From: Candidatus Saccharimonadota bacterium
GTDB taxonomy: Bacteria > Patescibacteriota > Saccharimonadia > Saccharimonadales > VXPC01
Assembly: GCA_026707815.1 (NCBI GenBank)
Contig: JAPOWB010000003.1
Coordinates: 131,380 to 195,379, forward strand
Direction: 5' to 3'
DNA: 64,000 nucleotides
Each line of letters begins with the position of its first letter. Position 1 is the stretch's first letter. The notes below the pieces were generated by a model. The model was not told the origin of the DNA and ran no database searches. It saw only the letters and a program-made list of their open reading frames with translations. Of the stretch, positions 53,717 through 64,000 are shown in pieces. The position numbers were made by a program, and so were the translations under genes.

Positions 53717-54988
53717 TTAAATCTTAATTTTACGATACCTGAGATCTTCTGGTAGATTCAACAAGTCTTGATCTTTGGGATTTAAAAGCAAGGCTTTGAC
53801 TAAGAGATTTAAATAGCCAGCCCCTTTAAACAAAATTAATTCACCACCCTTTATTTCAGATTTAATTTGACTGACAAATTCGTGGTTTAATTCATTCTGC
53901 CAAATAATATCTGGTCTTTGTTTAATCAGAAAATCATAAGCATATTTTTTAATCCGTCGACCAATTAAAAAGATTCGATCAGGTTTAGTATCTAAAATTT
54001 GTTGAGCTAATTTTAAATGGGCTTCCTCAGCCCATTGACCCTGTTCAATGATATCGCCAACAACCACCCATTTTGGTTGATGATTCAAGGCTGAAAACAG
54101 ATCAAAAATAGCTTCAATTCCACCAATTTGAGCATTAAAAGTACTATCTAATAAATAGCTTCCTTTAATGCCTTTGAGGAGATTGTTGCGTGATGGTGGA
54201 AAATGGCATTGAGAGAAATCTGTCTTTAATTTCAGATTATATTCAGAGACTACAGCCATCATTAAAGCTAAGCTAGATGATAGCACTTTAGGCAGTGGTT
54301 GGGCAAAGACTAAGTTAACTCCTTTAAAAATAAAAGCTGTTTTATCCAAGCTCAACTGATAATCAATCAGATCAACTCCCACCCAATCAATCGGAGTCAG
54401 GACTTTACTGAGAGCATCTCTCATATCTGAACTATCTTTTAGAGCAAAAATCTTTTGGGAAGCTTGACGGACTAATTTAGCCAACTGTCCAACATAAACT
54501 TCGTATGAAGTCTGATTAAGCTTTTTAGCTTGAGTATCAAAAAATTCTAAATGGGCTTGAGAAACATTGACCCAAATGGCTGTCTCGGGCTTTAACCAAA
54601 ATTTAAAAAATTTAGTTGAATACATATCATAAATATCGTATTCCAATAAATAAATGGATTGGGATTTAGTAGGTGTAATTAAAGATTTTAAGGGGGCATA
54701 GAAAATTAAAAGACCCCACCGCCAACGCTTACCCAGATGTGGTCGAGGTAAATTCAATAAATCGCAAGCAATACCAATTTTACTATTGGCCCGATAAGAG
54801 TGATAAGCTTGGGATTTACCGAACTGAAATTGCAGCAAATAAGTCATGGTAGTTTTGCCAACTGAACCAGTGATTAGGATTATTCTAGGCTTCCAACGAT
54901 ACAAATATAATTTTGACCATAAACAAAAATAAGGATCCAAAATATTACCAGTGAATTTAACTTTGAATTGAGATAAAAATGACTTCAT
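53717..54988 (-). CDS. Mur-ligase-family protein (MurF-like or unassigned specificity)
   Basis: P-loop IILITGSVGKTT, central and C-terminal Mur ligase layout, 423 aa. Confidence 0.6.
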   Translation of the reverse strand: MKSFLSQFKVKFTGNILDPYFCLWSKLYLYRWKPRIILITGSVGKTTMTYLLQFQFGKSQAYHSYRANSKIGIACDLLNLPRPHLGKRWRWGLLIFYAPLKSLITPTKSQSIYLLEYDIYDMYSTKFFKFWLKPETAIWVNVSQAHLEFFDTQAKKLNQTSYEVYVGQLAKLVRQASQKIFALKDSSDMRDALSKVLTPIDWVGVDLIDYQLSLDKTAFIFKGVNLVFAQPLPKVLSSSLALMMAVVSEYNLKLKTDFSQCHFPPSRNNLLKGIKGSYLLDSTFNAQIGGIEAIFDLFSALNHQPKWVVVGDIIEQGQWAEEAHLKLAQQILDTKPDRIFLIGRRIKKYAYDFLIKQRPDIIWQNELNHEFVSQIKSEIKGGELILFKGAGYLNLLVKALLLNPKDQDLLNLPEDLRYRKIKI

Positions 54989-56106
54989 GCCGGAATATTT
55001 TCTCGTTTAATAGCTTCGAAAGTTGGTTCAGAAATTGGCAATCTTTGATCATAATTATAAAGAGTAGTTTTAACAGTCAAGCCTAAATCTCCTAATCGCA
55101 ACAAGGTATTAATAACATTGGAATGTCTGGGAATCAGAATAAAATCATTGTAATCAGCTAATTGCAAATAATAGTTAACAAAAGGGATTGCATAATCATA
55201 TCTAATTTCAGTAATTCTCCGAGCATAAACATCAACAACAACTGTATAGATCGTATCTTGGTGAGTCAGTAGTTGAGCCTGTTGTTCGGGACTAAGTTGA
55301 TTATGATATTTTTGATCTTCTGCCTGAATATGTAAATCAGCATACTCAATTAAGGCTTGACCAAATTTGGCATAATCTAGCTTGAATTGATACTCATAAA
55401 ATAATTTGTTGTTTTTATGAAAAACTTTAGTTTTATCAAAATCAATTTTATAAGCAGATTTCAGTAAATCCATTAACTTTTGCCGAGCTTTAGCATCAAA
55501 GTTGCCATGCAAAAAACCATCCGTTGACAGCAAGGTCATCAGATAAAGTTGGAGATTGTCGGTCTGGGTTAGCTGTAAATCAGTTGGTTTGTACCATTTC
55601 TGACCATAAGCTCCCGGCTGATTGGAATTATTTATGAAATTCAAATAATCTTCCAAGATTGGCTGGGTTAAAATATGGTGTTTAAAGTAAATATCTTGGT
55701 CAAAATTCCGTAAATACTGCCAGAGCCATTCTTGATTGGGGGGTTGATCCAAATTTAAATTCTTATAAATATTGACCTGCTGGTAATTAATATAATAATC
55801 GACTAAATCCTGATGATAGATAAGGCTTTGTTGTTGAAAATCAGCTTCAGCGGAAGATCTAAAATTCAATTGGGTCTGAGCATTGAGCAAGGTTAAATCA
55901 GCGGAAGGCAGAATTATTTCAGTGGTTGTTGCCAAAGAATTAGTCTGTAAATTGCGTTCAACTGTTTGCCAAAAGACTGCTTCAGCTGGGGGTTTTCGCC
56001 AAGTTAACCAAGTAATATATGCGCAAACTAGGATGACTAGTAAGCTTAAGATAATTTTAGCCGTTAAAGACAGACTCCTGATTTTGTTGTTAAGAACTTT
56101 GATCAT
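54985..56106 (-). CDS. N-terminally anchored extracytoplasmic hypothetical protein (373 aa)
   Basis: TM segment AKIILSLLVILVCAYITWLTW, then a Tyr/Gln/Asp-rich domain. Weak similarity to the C-terminal domain of CDS 57761-59767. Confidence 0.5.
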   Translation of the reverse strand: MIKVLNNKIRSLSLTAKIILSLLVILVCAYITWLTWRKPPAEAVFWQTVERNLQTNSLATTTEIILPSADLTLLNAQTQLNFRSSAEADFQQQSLIYHQDLVDYYINYQQVNIYKNLNLDQPPNQEWLWQYLRNFDQDIYFKHHILTQPILEDYLNFINNSNQPGAYGQKWYKPTDLQLTQTDNLQLYLMTLLSTDGFLHGNFDAKARQKLMDLLKSAYKIDFDKTKVFHKNNKLFYEYQFKLDYAKFGQALIEYADLHIQAEDQKYHNQLSPEQQAQLLTHQDTIYTVVVDVYARRITEIRYDYAIPFVNYYLQLADYNDFILIPRHSNVINTLLRLGDLGLTVKTTLYNYDQRLPISEPTFEAIKRENIPA

Positions 56107-56169
56107 CTAGTTTTGATTATATCTTACCAGTGAATATTGGTGGAATCTGTCTAACCTGAGATAAAAGTT

Positions 56170-56218
56170 AAACAAAAAATCCTTCCACACTTTTTGATGC
56201 CATGGCATTTGTGGAAGG
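56170..56218 (-). terminator. Strong intrinsic terminator oriented on the minus strand, not attached to any tracked ORF
   Basis: CCTTCCACA (56181-89) pairs with TGTGGAAGG (56210-18), enclosing the perfect palindrome ATGCCATGGCAT. On the minus strand it is followed by ATTTTTTGTTT. Confidence 0.6.
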
Positions 56219-56369
56219 TAAACTGGTTGACTACTTTTGGTCAACAAGCGTCTTTTATAGTCGCATCTTAATAATGTTCTTAAAACAATTCTTAGATACT
56301 ACTTTCATAGTAGCATATAATAATCTTAGTAAAGATTGAAACAAGGCAAGTGACACAAAAGTAAATATT

Positions 56370-57221
56370 ATGGATTGGCTGAAAGATTTTGCAAATTTTG
56401 ACAATGAGATTTTTGTCAGCTTATTAAAGGTCTTAATTATTATTTTAGTCTTGGTAATTATTAATCATTTCGGCAGAAGATTAATTACTAAAATTGTCAG
56501 AGAGGCAATCTCACCTGATAAATTCTCTTCAGCTCAAGCTGAAAAGAAACGAGAAGACACTCTGATCTCCATCTTTGGCACAATTATCAAAACTGGGCTT
56601 TGGATCTTCGGTCCAATGTTAATTTTGGCACAGTTAGGGGTTAATATTGGTCCTCTAATCGCTGGGGCATCAATAGCTGGTATTGCCATTGGCTTTGGTG
56701 CTCAAAAAATTGTCCAAGACTTTGTTAGTGGGATTTTGATTATTTTAGAAAATCAATATCGCATTGGCGATGTAATTACTATTGCTAATACGACTGGAAC
56801 AGTCGAAAAAATCACTATCAGGCAGACTATTATTCGGGATTTAGAGGGTAAACGACACTATATTTCAAATGGACAAATAGACATTTCATCCAATCACACT
56901 ATTGATTATGCGAACTTAGTTTTGAATATGGATATTTCTTATGATGCTGACATTGATCAAGTTCAAGCGGTCATCAATCAAGTTGGTCAAGAATTGGCTA
57001 AAGCACCTCAGTTAAAAGACCGAATTTTAAAGGCTCCTGAATTTATTCGCATTCAAGAATTTGGAGCTCATTCAGTAGTTGTTAGAATTATGGGGCAAGT
57101 AAAACCTGGTCAACAATGGTCTATAGCTGGAGAACTCAGATTGAAACTTAAGAAAGCCTTTGACGAAGCTGGTATTGAAATTCCCTATCAACAATTAGTC
57201 ATTCACAACAAAAAGGCTTAA
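56370..57221 (+). CDS. mscS: Small-conductance mechanosensitive channel (MscS family)
   Basis: Three N-terminal TMs and the pore helix/beta-domain motif FGAQKIVQDFVSGILIILENQYRIGDVI. Confidence 0.85.
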   Translation: MDWLKDFANFDNEIFVSLLKVLIIILVLVIINHFGRRLITKIVREAISPDKFSSAQAEKKREDTLISIFGTIIKTGLWIFGPMLILAQLGVNIGPLIAGASIAGIAIGFGAQKIVQDFVSGILIILENQYRIGDVITIANTTGTVEKITIRQTIIRDLEGKRHYISNGQIDISSNHTIDYANLVLNMDISYDADIDQVQAVINQVGQELAKAPQLKDRILKAPEFIRIQEFGAHSVVVRIMGQVKPGQQWSIAGELRLKLKKAFDEAGIEIPYQQLVIHNKKA

Positions 57222-57587
57222 TTATCCTTTAAGCCAGAAATAAAATACCCAACCAGCGATTGCAGCAATAATTAGGCTAACAATAGCTATCAGCAAAAAA
57301 ATGCCACTAATAAATTGACCCTTACCTCCTAAATCAGCTTGGGGTTTAAGTTGGGAAATTGATTGGGGCGGTTTTTGAGTAGTGTCTGAAGTATTGACAT
57401 CAGATCTATCAATCAAAATTGGGGTAGCCCTCGGAGGCGGTGGAGGGCTTGAAAATGGTTGATTAGCTGGAGGTAAAGGGGGTGATTGAGGGGGTTGCCG
57501 AGAATCTGAAACTGGATTTGATTGAGAATTCATAAGATTTAAATATTGATATATTCTATTAGGTATTATAACTTGACTTATGGGCAA
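57222..57587 (-). CDS. Proline-rich small protein with C-terminal TM anchor
   Basis: PPQSPPLPPANQPFSSPPPPPR, then FISGIFLLIAIVSLIIAAIAGWVFYFWL. Confidence 0.4.
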   Translation of the reverse strand: MPISQVIIPNRIYQYLNLMNSQSNPVSDSRQPPQSPPLPPANQPFSSPPPPPRATPILIDRSDVNTSDTTQKPPQSISQLKPQADLGGKGQFISGIFLLIAIVSLIIAAIAGWVFYFWLKG

Positions 57588-57670
57588 TTACGCAAGTAAT
57601 CATGGCTGATAACTAATCAGTATAGGTATTACCCAAATTGCTTCCACCGAAGGATATTTATCCCATGTTT

Positions 57671-57747
57671 GGGGTTATAGCTCAGCTGGTTAGAGCGCTT
57701 GCATGGCATGCAAGAGGTCTGGGGTTCAAATCCCCATAACTCCACCA
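57671..57747 (+). tRNA. tRNA-Ala (anticodon GGC), CCA encoded
   Basis: ggggttatagctcagctggttagagcgcttgcatGGCatgcaagaggtctggggttcaaatccccataactccacca has a G3:U70 identity pair, anticodon stem cttgc/gcaag and T arm tgggg/cccca. Confidence 0.95.
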
Positions 57748-57760
57748 TTATCTTAAAAAC

Positions 57761-59767
57761 CTAATTGCGATTGAAAAATTCTGACTCGTAATCTAAAACT
57801 TGCTGATAATACTCTCGAATATCTAAGGGATCTTGAATGTGTCTTTGATCAAAGGTTTGATCATCATAATTATCATAATCCAACCGAAGGTGAAAATTCT
57901 GATTATCTTCTGAATGATGAACTAAAGTAATCGGCAAATTAGTATGTTTATCAAAAGTCACTTGAAAATTATTGGGCAGAGGAAATTCATCTGATTGCAT
58001 TTTAGATAATCGCTGATAATAATTCGGCAGAGGTTTTTGCAAAATCTCCTGATAAATCTGTGTATATAACTCATACAATTTTTGGTAATCAATAGCTAGG
58101 TTACATCTCACCTCTGAAGTAGTAATAAATTGACAAGAATCCTCATCCAGCTCATAAGCCGAAGTAGTTTGAAGCAAACTTTGGAGCTGTTTGTAATTTT
58201 GAGAAGTGGTAATATTAAAGCTTGGTAGCAATATTATGTATTGATGAGCTGAATAATGTCTTAAGAAATTAATAACATAGTTAAGAATTTGGCTATTTTG
58301 ATTAAAATCTAAATCTGATTGTTGTTGCAGCTTCAATAGAGCTTCCAAGTCACTCCAGCGCTGAGAAAAGTCAGTACTTAATTCTAGGCGTTGTTTATCT
58401 ATAACTAAAGAGTTCAATTTGAAATAAGCTTTACCATCAGGCTGATAAATTGTTGAAATATTAATGATTAGATTGCTTCTTTGACCATCATCTTGAATAC
58501 TGATAATGTCAAATTTGAATTGAGTTTCAAGATAAGGTACGTCTCCTTGAGGCGGATATTGGATCTTTAAGTTATTATCAATAGTGGCTGATGCCTTAGC
58601 TAAATTAGAAGCTGAATTGGAGTTGGGGATAATCGATTGAATATTCTCCTGCCGTAGATCAACTTGAAGATTGTGATTATCAACTTGCAAGAGATTAACT
58701 AACACATCGTTGAGTTGCTGAGAATGATTAGAGCTTTGACTTTGCAACAAGCCTTGAAAACGAGGCCAAGCTAGATAAATGACTAAACCTATCGTTCCAA
58801 TAACCAATAAAGCAGTCAGAAAACTATAAATTATAAAACTTCTTCTTAACTTAGGCTTAGGTACAGTCTGGTCAGAAACTGGGAAAGTCTTCTCAGCTAA
58901 AGCTCCTACAACATCAGAAACTGCTGGGGCTGAACTGGGCGCTAAATTAAAACTATCAACTGGAGCTAATTGTCCCGCCTGCATGACTGATGTATCGAGA
59001 GGCGGTAGACTTTCGAGATTAAAGTTAGACAAAGTAGAATTCGAAGCTTTAGGTATCGGAGGCGGAGGTATACTCCCAGATAAGAGTTTAGATTGAGGCT
59101 TTGATTGCTTGATTTGAGGATTCTTCGAAAAATTATCAGGCAATGGTGTAGCTACTGATTGGTTAGCACTATATGTGGTTTCTGTGTCGGAATTATGAGG
59201 TTTGGAATTCTTAAAATTGATTGATGGCGATAAATGATTATCGGTATTTAAACTTTGTTGACTGAGTATATTTTTTGTTCGTTGATTAGTTGAAAAATCA
59301 GGATCAATTGGAATAGATTTTTGAGTTGATGATTTAAATGGCGTGCTAAGTGGTGGATGTGACATCGTTTTAGACTGACCACTAGCATTAACTTGGACTT
59401 CATCGAGTTGGTGTTCATCTTCGGTTTGTTCTTTATTATTAGCAGTTTTACCGATAGTTATGGCATTCTCTTTTAAATCTTTTTCTGATATATGCCTAGA
59501 GCGGACTTTAGGTTTGGTGGTTGAAGCTGTTTGTTCTTCAGCAGTCTGGCTAACATCAATTTTAGGCTGAATAATTTTTTTGGTTGGTTTGAGAGGAATT
59601 TCCCAAATAGCCGAGGCATGAAAAGGTTTCTCAATTATTTGCGAAGAAGTTGAACTCTTTGGAGTTTGATCAACGCTAGTTAACTTCAACTTACTAGCTG
59701 GTGATTGAACATGAATAATTTCACCCGGCTGAAGTTCATGAATAGTCTTGTTAGTAGTTCGATTCAT
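57761..59767 (-). CDS. Bitopic hypothetical protein: Ser/Thr/Pro/Gln-rich cytoplasmic N-half, one TM, extracytoplasmic C-domain (668 aa)
   Basis: TM FIIYSFLTALLVIGTIGLVIYLAW near aa 310-335. No catalytic motif recognised. Confidence 0.5.
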   Translation of the reverse strand: MNRTTNKTIHELQPGEIIHVQSPASKLKLTSVDQTPKSSTSSQIIEKPFHASAIWEIPLKPTKKIIQPKIDVSQTAEEQTASTTKPKVRSRHISEKDLKENAITIGKTANNKEQTEDEHQLDEVQVNASGQSKTMSHPPLSTPFKSSTQKSIPIDPDFSTNQRTKNILSQQSLNTDNHLSPSINFKNSKPHNSDTETTYSANQSVATPLPDNFSKNPQIKQSKPQSKLLSGSIPPPPIPKASNSTLSNFNLESLPPLDTSVMQAGQLAPVDSFNLAPSSAPAVSDVVGALAEKTFPVSDQTVPKPKLRRSFIIYSFLTALLVIGTIGLVIYLAWPRFQGLLQSQSSNHSQQLNDVLVNLLQVDNHNLQVDLRQENIQSIIPNSNSASNLAKASATIDNNLKIQYPPQGDVPYLETQFKFDIISIQDDGQRSNLIINISTIYQPDGKAYFKLNSLVIDKQRLELSTDFSQRWSDLEALLKLQQQSDLDFNQNSQILNYVINFLRHYSAHQYIILLPSFNITTSQNYKQLQSLLQTTSAYELDEDSCQFITTSEVRCNLAIDYQKLYELYTQIYQEILQKPLPNYYQRLSKMQSDEFPLPNNFQVTFDKHTNLPITLVHHSEDNQNFHLRLDYDNYDDQTFDQRHIQDPLDIREYYQQVLDYESEFFNRN

Positions 59768-59863
59768 GACTTTGATAATCCAGCTATGAATTCCCCCTTA
59801 AATATTTTGATAATTTTTAATTTTAATTAATTACTTGCTACTAATTATAACAACAAATTAACT

Positions 59864-62763
<2,900 letters not shown>

Positions 62764-62851
62764 GGGTTTTTGCCAAACGAAAGACTTATAAGTTAACTCA
62801 GCTTTAATGCGAGATTTTAACTTGGAATTATTGGGGGTTTTGGAGGCAAAA

Positions 62852-63730
62852 TTAATAACCAGATCTCCCTAAAGCCTCAATTTGTTTGATGCGATCATCA
62901 ATCGGAGGATGAGAAGCGAATAATTTGGAGAAAAATGAAAATTTATTGGGATTAGATAAAAACAAATGTGATGACATTGTGCTGCTCTTTTTCAACGCAG
63001 ATCCCTCTGAAGCAATCTTCCGAAGTGCCGAGGCTAAACCTTCAGGATATTTAGTAATTTGAACTGAAGTGGCATCGGCTAAATACTCTCTTTGCCGAGA
63101 AATGGCAAATCGGATACAAACAGCAATAATTAGACCAACAACAGCCATGGCAAACAAGATTAAGATGAGTAGACCGTTATTGCCTCGCCTACTGCTGGAA
63201 GAACTAAAGCTCATAACTCTGACTAAATCTAGAAAAAACAAAAATGCCAACATGAAAACAAAAGCCAAAGTATTGACTTGAGTATCTTTGTTGACAATAT
63301 GTCCGAATTCATGAGCAATCACACCTTCTAGTTCCTTATCATCCAGTTTTTCTAATAAGCCTGTGGTCACACCAATGATATAATTTTTAGGCTTTGATCC
63401 AGCTGTGAAAGCATTTAAGGCTGGATCAGAAATAATATAAGCTTTGGGTGTAGCTATGCCAAGCCTTATAGCTGTGTTTTCAACCGCTAAATATAAACTG
63501 CGATGGGCATTGCGATTAGCTGGAATAGCTTTATGGAGTCTAATAAAACTTTTTAAAGCTCGGAAATAACGGAATAATATGTAAAGAATTAAAACTCCGA
63601 AAGTAATACTTGGGAAAACCCAATCATCTGTGAAGAGGAAAATGACAACTGGTATTAATAACATGTACAGACCAACGACAGCAAAAAGGGCGAATGTTTT
63701 TCTCCGATTGCTAGCTAATTGAGCTTCCAT
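62852..63730 (-). CDS. htpX: Zinc metalloprotease HtpX (M48 family)
   Basis: HEFGH (VIAHEFGHIVNKD), four TM segments and a C-terminal SHPPIDDRI. Confidence 0.9.
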   Translation of the reverse strand: MEAQLASNRRKTFALFAVVGLYMLLIPVVIFLFTDDWVFPSITFGVLILYILFRYFRALKSFIRLHKAIPANRNAHRSLYLAVENTAIRLGIATPKAYIISDPALNAFTAGSKPKNYIIGVTTGLLEKLDDKELEGVIAHEFGHIVNKDTQVNTLAFVFMLAFLFFLDLVRVMSFSSSSSRRGNNGLLILILFAMAVVGLIIAVCIRFAISRQREYLADATSVQITKYPEGLASALRKIASEGSALKKSSTMSSHLFLSNPNKFSFFSKLFASHPPIDDRIKQIEALGRSGY

Positions 63731-63776
63731 GGATCAATCTTCAAAATTAACGAGAAAAGAGACTACTCTTTAAAAA

Positions 63777-64000
63777 TTAAAATTTAACTTGAGGATTAGC
63801 CGCTTCAGCTGGGGAAATATCAAAGTAGTCTCCTTGAGCTTTGAAGCTAAACAGACCGGCCACCATATTACTGGGGAAAGTTTGTAAGGCATCAAAATAA
63901 ATCCTCAAAGTATCATTATAAAATCTCCTAGCAGCTTGAATCTTGTCTTCTGTGTCCGTTAAATCTCTTTGCAATTCAACAAAGTTGGTTGAAGCTTTCA
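63777..64000 (-). CDS. lemA: LemA-family protein, C-terminal part (gene continues beyond the right edge)
   Basis: ARRFYNDTLRIYFDALQTFPSNMVAGLFSFKAQGDYF is the conserved LemA C-terminus. lemA-htpX pairing is common. Confidence 0.8.
   Translation of the reverse strand, partial: KASTNFVELQRDLTDTEDKIQAARRFYNDTLRIYFDALQTFPSNMVAGLFSFKAQGDYFDISPAEAANPQVKF

Overview
AT-rich window (mid-30s % GC by eye) that is densely coded, mostly on the minus strand. All calls rest on motif recognition by eye; no homology search, folding or statistics could be run. Standard genetic code: TGA ends several conserved genes. The content looks like a reduced-genome bacterium with a Gram-positive-type envelope, plausibly a Patescibacteria/CPR (Saccharibacteria-like) episymbiont; that lineage call is inference only. 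Core genes recognised: secG, uvrC, trhO, rny, tsaB/tsaE, recA, ruvC, yebC, grpE-dnaK-dnaJ with CIRCE operators, dcd-tmk-thyX-like, sodN-sodX, trmD, rpsP, rnc, nusB, rpmF, leuS, folP, ligA, htpX-lemA, a FemAB/Mur-ligase cluster, tRNA-Lys(UUU) and tRNA-Ala(GGC). No rRNA, CRISPR or intact mobile element was seen. Candidate novel signals: (1) Four surface-protein genes (about 8 kb) share a two-cysteine ~95-aa module I cannot assign, with 13 tandem copies in a 1368-aa protein, and use three different anchoring modes. (2) Six G/C homopolymer tracts of 9-10 nt sit at a surface-gene promoter and 5' CDS, the 5' CDS of a WhiB-like regulator, and cassette promoters/terminators, which is a contingency-locus (phase-variation) pattern. 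(3) Two islands carry paired YD-like 13-aa-repeat gene cassettes with near-identical leaderless promoters and a conserved boundary motif, next to integrase remnants, a tRNA-Lys and a broken methyltransferase. (4) An accessory island holds a Panacea/HigB-like toxin-antitoxin pair, a sharply GC-rich single-gene alpha/beta-hydrolase insertion and tandem unknown paralogs.
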